This document shows, in pieces, positions 14,362 through 16,270 of a DNA stretch of 16,270 bases. The notes below the pieces were generated by a model that had not been told where the DNA came from, made no database searches, and was given only the letters and a program-made list of their open reading frames with translations. Numbering within the stretch: the stretch's first letter is position 1; each line of letters begins with the position of its first letter. This DNA comes from an uncultured Steroidobacteraceae bacterium (GTDB lineage Bacteria; Pseudomonadota; Gammaproteobacteria; Steroidobacterales; Steroidobacteraceae), in assembly GCA_964586725.1 (NCBI GenBank), contig CAZPJE010000209.1, forward strand, positions 1 to 16,270, given 5' to 3'. Made by a program: the position numbers and the translations under genes.

Positions 14362-14397
14362 CGGGCTGTATTGACTGTTATTTCTGTCGTTACAGAA
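14362..14397. promoter_or_regulatory. 36-bp operator-like palindrome TGACTgttATTTCTGTcgttACAGAAATtatAGTCA. It overlaps a perfect -10 TATAAT (minus strand, 14393..14388) just upstream of the regulator gene.
   Basis: Inner 8-bp arms are perfect (ATTTCTGT/ACAGAAAT) and outer TGACT/AGTCA arms are symmetric about the same centre. This is the geometry expected for autorepression by a dimeric MarR-type protein. Confidence 0.6.
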
Positions 14398-14413
14398 ATT
14401 ATAGTCATTACGG

Positions 14414-14450
14414 GCGAAAATGGAAGAGGCGGCATGCGCCGCCCTTCCCA
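14414..14450 (-). terminator. Rho-independent terminator of the ELWxxDGT-repeat gene (minus strand): GGAAGGGCGGC-gcau-GCCGCCUCUUCC followed by AUUUUCG.
   Basis: GC-rich hairpin with a T-tract on the minus strand immediately after the gene stop at 14466. Confidence 0.55.
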
Positions 14451-14465
14451 AGGCCTGGCAGGGGT

Positions 14466-16270
14466 TCAGTGCGACCGTCGCCGTGCGGCGCCCACGCCGC
14501 CAGCCATCAGCAACAGGGACAGCCAGTCCCAGGATCCTCCACCGCCGCCACCACCACCTGAGGGCGGCGCGGGGGGCGCCGCCACCGTCACGGTGACCGT
14601 GCCGGGTGCGGACTCTCGCTGCTGGTTGTCGGTCACGGCGTAGGTGAACGTGGCGGTGCCGCTGAACCCGCTCGCCGGGGTGTAGCGGATGGCGCCGGTG
14701 GCACTGTCCACCTGCGTCGTGCCGGAGGCCGGTGCCTGTACCACGCGCACACTGCCTCGAGTCAGCAACCCGTCCTCATCGGTGTCGTTGGCGAGCACAT
14801 CCACGGAAACGGCTGCGCCGGCCTGGGTCGTGGCGGTGTCGGCCTGCGCGGTCGGCGCGAGGTTTTCGACGTTCCAAAGCTCCTGGCCGTTCGCCACGGT
14901 GAAGAGAGGCAGGAACAGTCTGTTCCCGGCAGCTGCCATGCCAAACGGGAACGTAGCCGTATTGAACTGGGCACTCTGCACCGGCAACGCATTCGTCCGC
15001 TCGGTGTTGGCTGCCGTGCCGTCGGTGCGCCAGAGCTCGAAGTTAGTGCTGTTGACGCTTTCAATCGTCACCACAAAGTAAACGAGCCCGCGAAAGTCTA
15101 CAAACTGAGTCGGATTGCTCCGCGGTGTGCCCGGCAGGATGTCGCGCAGCTGGCGGGTGCCGGCCGTAGTGCCGTCCGTGATCCACAACTCCCCATCGGG
15201 CGCACCCTGGAACACGACGCGGTCGCCTATGACGCCAACTGAGGGTGCCGCGAAGGGTGACAGATCGGCCGGTGCGAGCGCGATGGTGCCGCCGGCCGTG
15301 CCGTCGGTGCGCGACAGTGTGCATGTTCCGTTGCCATCGCAGGATTCAAAGTAGAGCAAGTTGCCGACGACGGTCAGGAACCTTCGGTTTCCGCTGGCGG
15401 CGGTACTCTCGTCGACGACGAGGTCGGGAACGGCGGTCGCGGAGCTGAGGCGCCACCAGCCCCGCTGTACGCCGTCGCTTGAGTGGAACAGCAGCGACGT
15501 TCCCAGTCTGGCGATCAAAACGGGGGCGCCGATCGGTCGACCCGCTGCCGAAGTCACTCGCTCCGCGTTGCCGCCTGCGGCGTTGATGCGCCAGAGGAAC
15601 TCGCCGGATTCAGTCTCCGACGCCGCAGCGAAGAAGACCCGATCTGAAAGGCTTTGGAGCACGCAGACGCGCGAGCTCTGGAAGAACAGGCGATTCGAGA
15701 AGAACGGAAACGGTGCGACTTCCTGCGTGCCGGCAGTCGTGCCGTCGGTGCGATAGAGGCGGCCGATTCGATTCACGGTCGCGCCGAAGAACACGCGCCC
15801 GTTCAACTCGAGAAAGCCTCGGCCGCAGTCGCCGGGTGCCGCATTGGCAAAGCCCCCGCTGAAGAAGCTGTCGGGCACGGAAAGGTTGGTCAATCGCGTT
15901 GAGCCGGCGGATGTGCCGTCCGTGATCCAGACCTCGTTGTCGTTGGGCGTTGCGGCGCCGGTGTACACGATGCGATTGCCAAGTCGGGCGCTTTCGGGAG
16001 CGGGAAAGCTGGAGGGCTCGGATGGCGCGCCGTCGGAAAGACGAGTCGTGCCGGCGGCGGTGCCGTCCGTGCGCCACAAGCCGCGCGCGCGCACGCCATC
16101 CGTTGCGGCGAAGAGCATTGCGTCGCCCAGCGCGGTCAGTCGTCCAGGCGATGCATCGCCGTTCGCGGTTTGCGGAGCGAGGTCGACCACCAGGCGTGTG
16201 CCAGCCGTTGTGCCGTCACTGGTCCATAGCTCCCGTCCCAGCTGCGGATCGTCCGGAGCGAACAGCAGGC
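14466..16270 (-). CDS. Large secreted/surface protein, N-terminally truncated by the window edge. It has at least nine ELWxxDGT-type repeats (beta-propeller-like), one cadherin-like/bacterial Ig-like domain (VDVLANDTDEDG...TVTVTV), and a GlyGly-CTERM-like sorting tail (GGGGGGGGSWDWLSLLLMAGGVGAARRRSH).
   Basis: Repeated [EL]W[RI]TDGT[AT]AGT motifs throughout. The C-terminal poly-Gly, hydrophobic helix and Arg cluster resemble rhombosortase-type sorting signals. The ORF continues without a stop to the window end; the GTG at 16190 is internal. Confidence 0.8.
   Translation of the reverse strand, partial: LLFAPDDPQLGRELWTSDGTTAGTRLVVDLAPQTANGDASPGRLTALGDAMLFAATDGVRARGLWRTDGTAAGTTRLSDGAPSEPSSFPAPESARLGNRIVYTGAATPNDNEVWITDGTSAGSTRLTNLSVPDSFFSGGFANAAPGDCGRGFLELNGRVFFGATVNRIGRLYRTDGTTAGTQEVAPFPFFSNRLFFQSSRVCVLQSLSDRVFFAAASETESGEFLWRINAAGGNAERVTSAAGRPIGAPVLIARLGTSLLFHSSDGVQRGWWRLSSATAVPDLVVDESTAASGNRRFLTVVGNLLYFESCDGNGTCTLSRTDGTAGGTIALAPADLSPFAAPSVGVIGDRVVFQGAPDGELWITDGTTAGTRQLRDILPGTPRSNPTQFVDFRGLVYFVVTIESVNSTNFELWRTDGTAANTERTNALPVQSAQFNTATFPFGMAAAGNRLFLPLFTVANGQELWNVENLAPTAQADTATTQAGAAVSVDVLANDTDEDGLLTRGSVRVVQAPASGTTQVDSATGAIRYTPASGFSGTATFTYAVTDNQQRESAPGTVTVTVAAPPAPPSGGGGGGGGSWDWLSLLLMAGGVGAARRRSH

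Noticed and set aside
13127-14435. Plus-strand ORFs 13127..13879 and 13797..14249, and minus-strand ORF 13986..14435, overlapping the DUF4166 and regulator genes
   Set aside because: Compositionally biased (Ala/Arg/Asp or Ser/Arg) translations with no start signals. The minus-strand operon with RBSs and coupled stops is the coherent reading.
14534-14560. GC-rich (CCA/CCG)n tract encoding the Gly run, considered as a phase-variation switch
   Set aside because: Imperfect triplet repeats kept in frame. Slippage would add or remove Gly codons rather than switch the gene off, so any effect would be minor.
1-16270. Scan for CRISPR arrays, retron msr/msd, DGR template repeats, integrons
   Set aside because: No tandem direct repeats with spacers, no reverse-transcriptase or integrase-like ORFs, and no attC-like structures were seen in either strand.

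Overview
This is a high-GC (about 65-67%) window, probably from a Burkholderia-like betaproteobacterium (inference from composition, an IS407-type IS3 element and sigma54/Rtc architecture). I read it as a mosaic of core and accessory DNA. Left to right: (1) a compositionally distinct lower-GC islet (about 1-1000) carrying the 3' end of an unknown CDS, then a TIGR02574-type antitoxin / ParE-RelE toxin pair, a SUKH (SMI1/KNR4)-like gene, and a second orphan antitoxin-like gene sitting 8 bp upstream of an RlaP-type (pol-beta superfamily) nucleotidyltransferase. (2) The RNA-repair locus: rtcR (CARF + sigma54 AAA+ activator, minus strand) divergent from a sigma54-promoted rtcB-rtcA operon. The rtcR 3' end overlaps the RlaP gene 3' end convergently. 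(3) Downstream of rtcA there is a small promoter/ORF/terminator cassette and a tRNA-like gene with clearly non-canonical features. (4) An SPFH/band-7 protein gene with terminator. (5) A SEC-C-motif gene remnant abutting an IS3-family element whose orfA carries an in-frame amber codon, followed by an apparently frameshifted lipoprotein gene. (6) A minus-strand operon of a MarR/GbsR-type regulator, a DUF4166 protein and a three-domain fusion (4-TM domain + YfcH-like NAD(P) epimerase + DCC/DUF393 thiol-disulfide oxidoreductase), with a 36-bp operator palindrome overlapping its -10. (7) The 3' part of a large ELWxxDGT-repeat surface protein with a cadherin-like domain and a GlyGly-CTERM-like sorting tail. 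The most interesting candidates for undescribed biology are the antitoxin-like + RlaP nucleotidyltransferase pair wired into the Rtc locus together with the aberrant tRNA-like gene, and the regulator-DUF4166-fusion redox operon.
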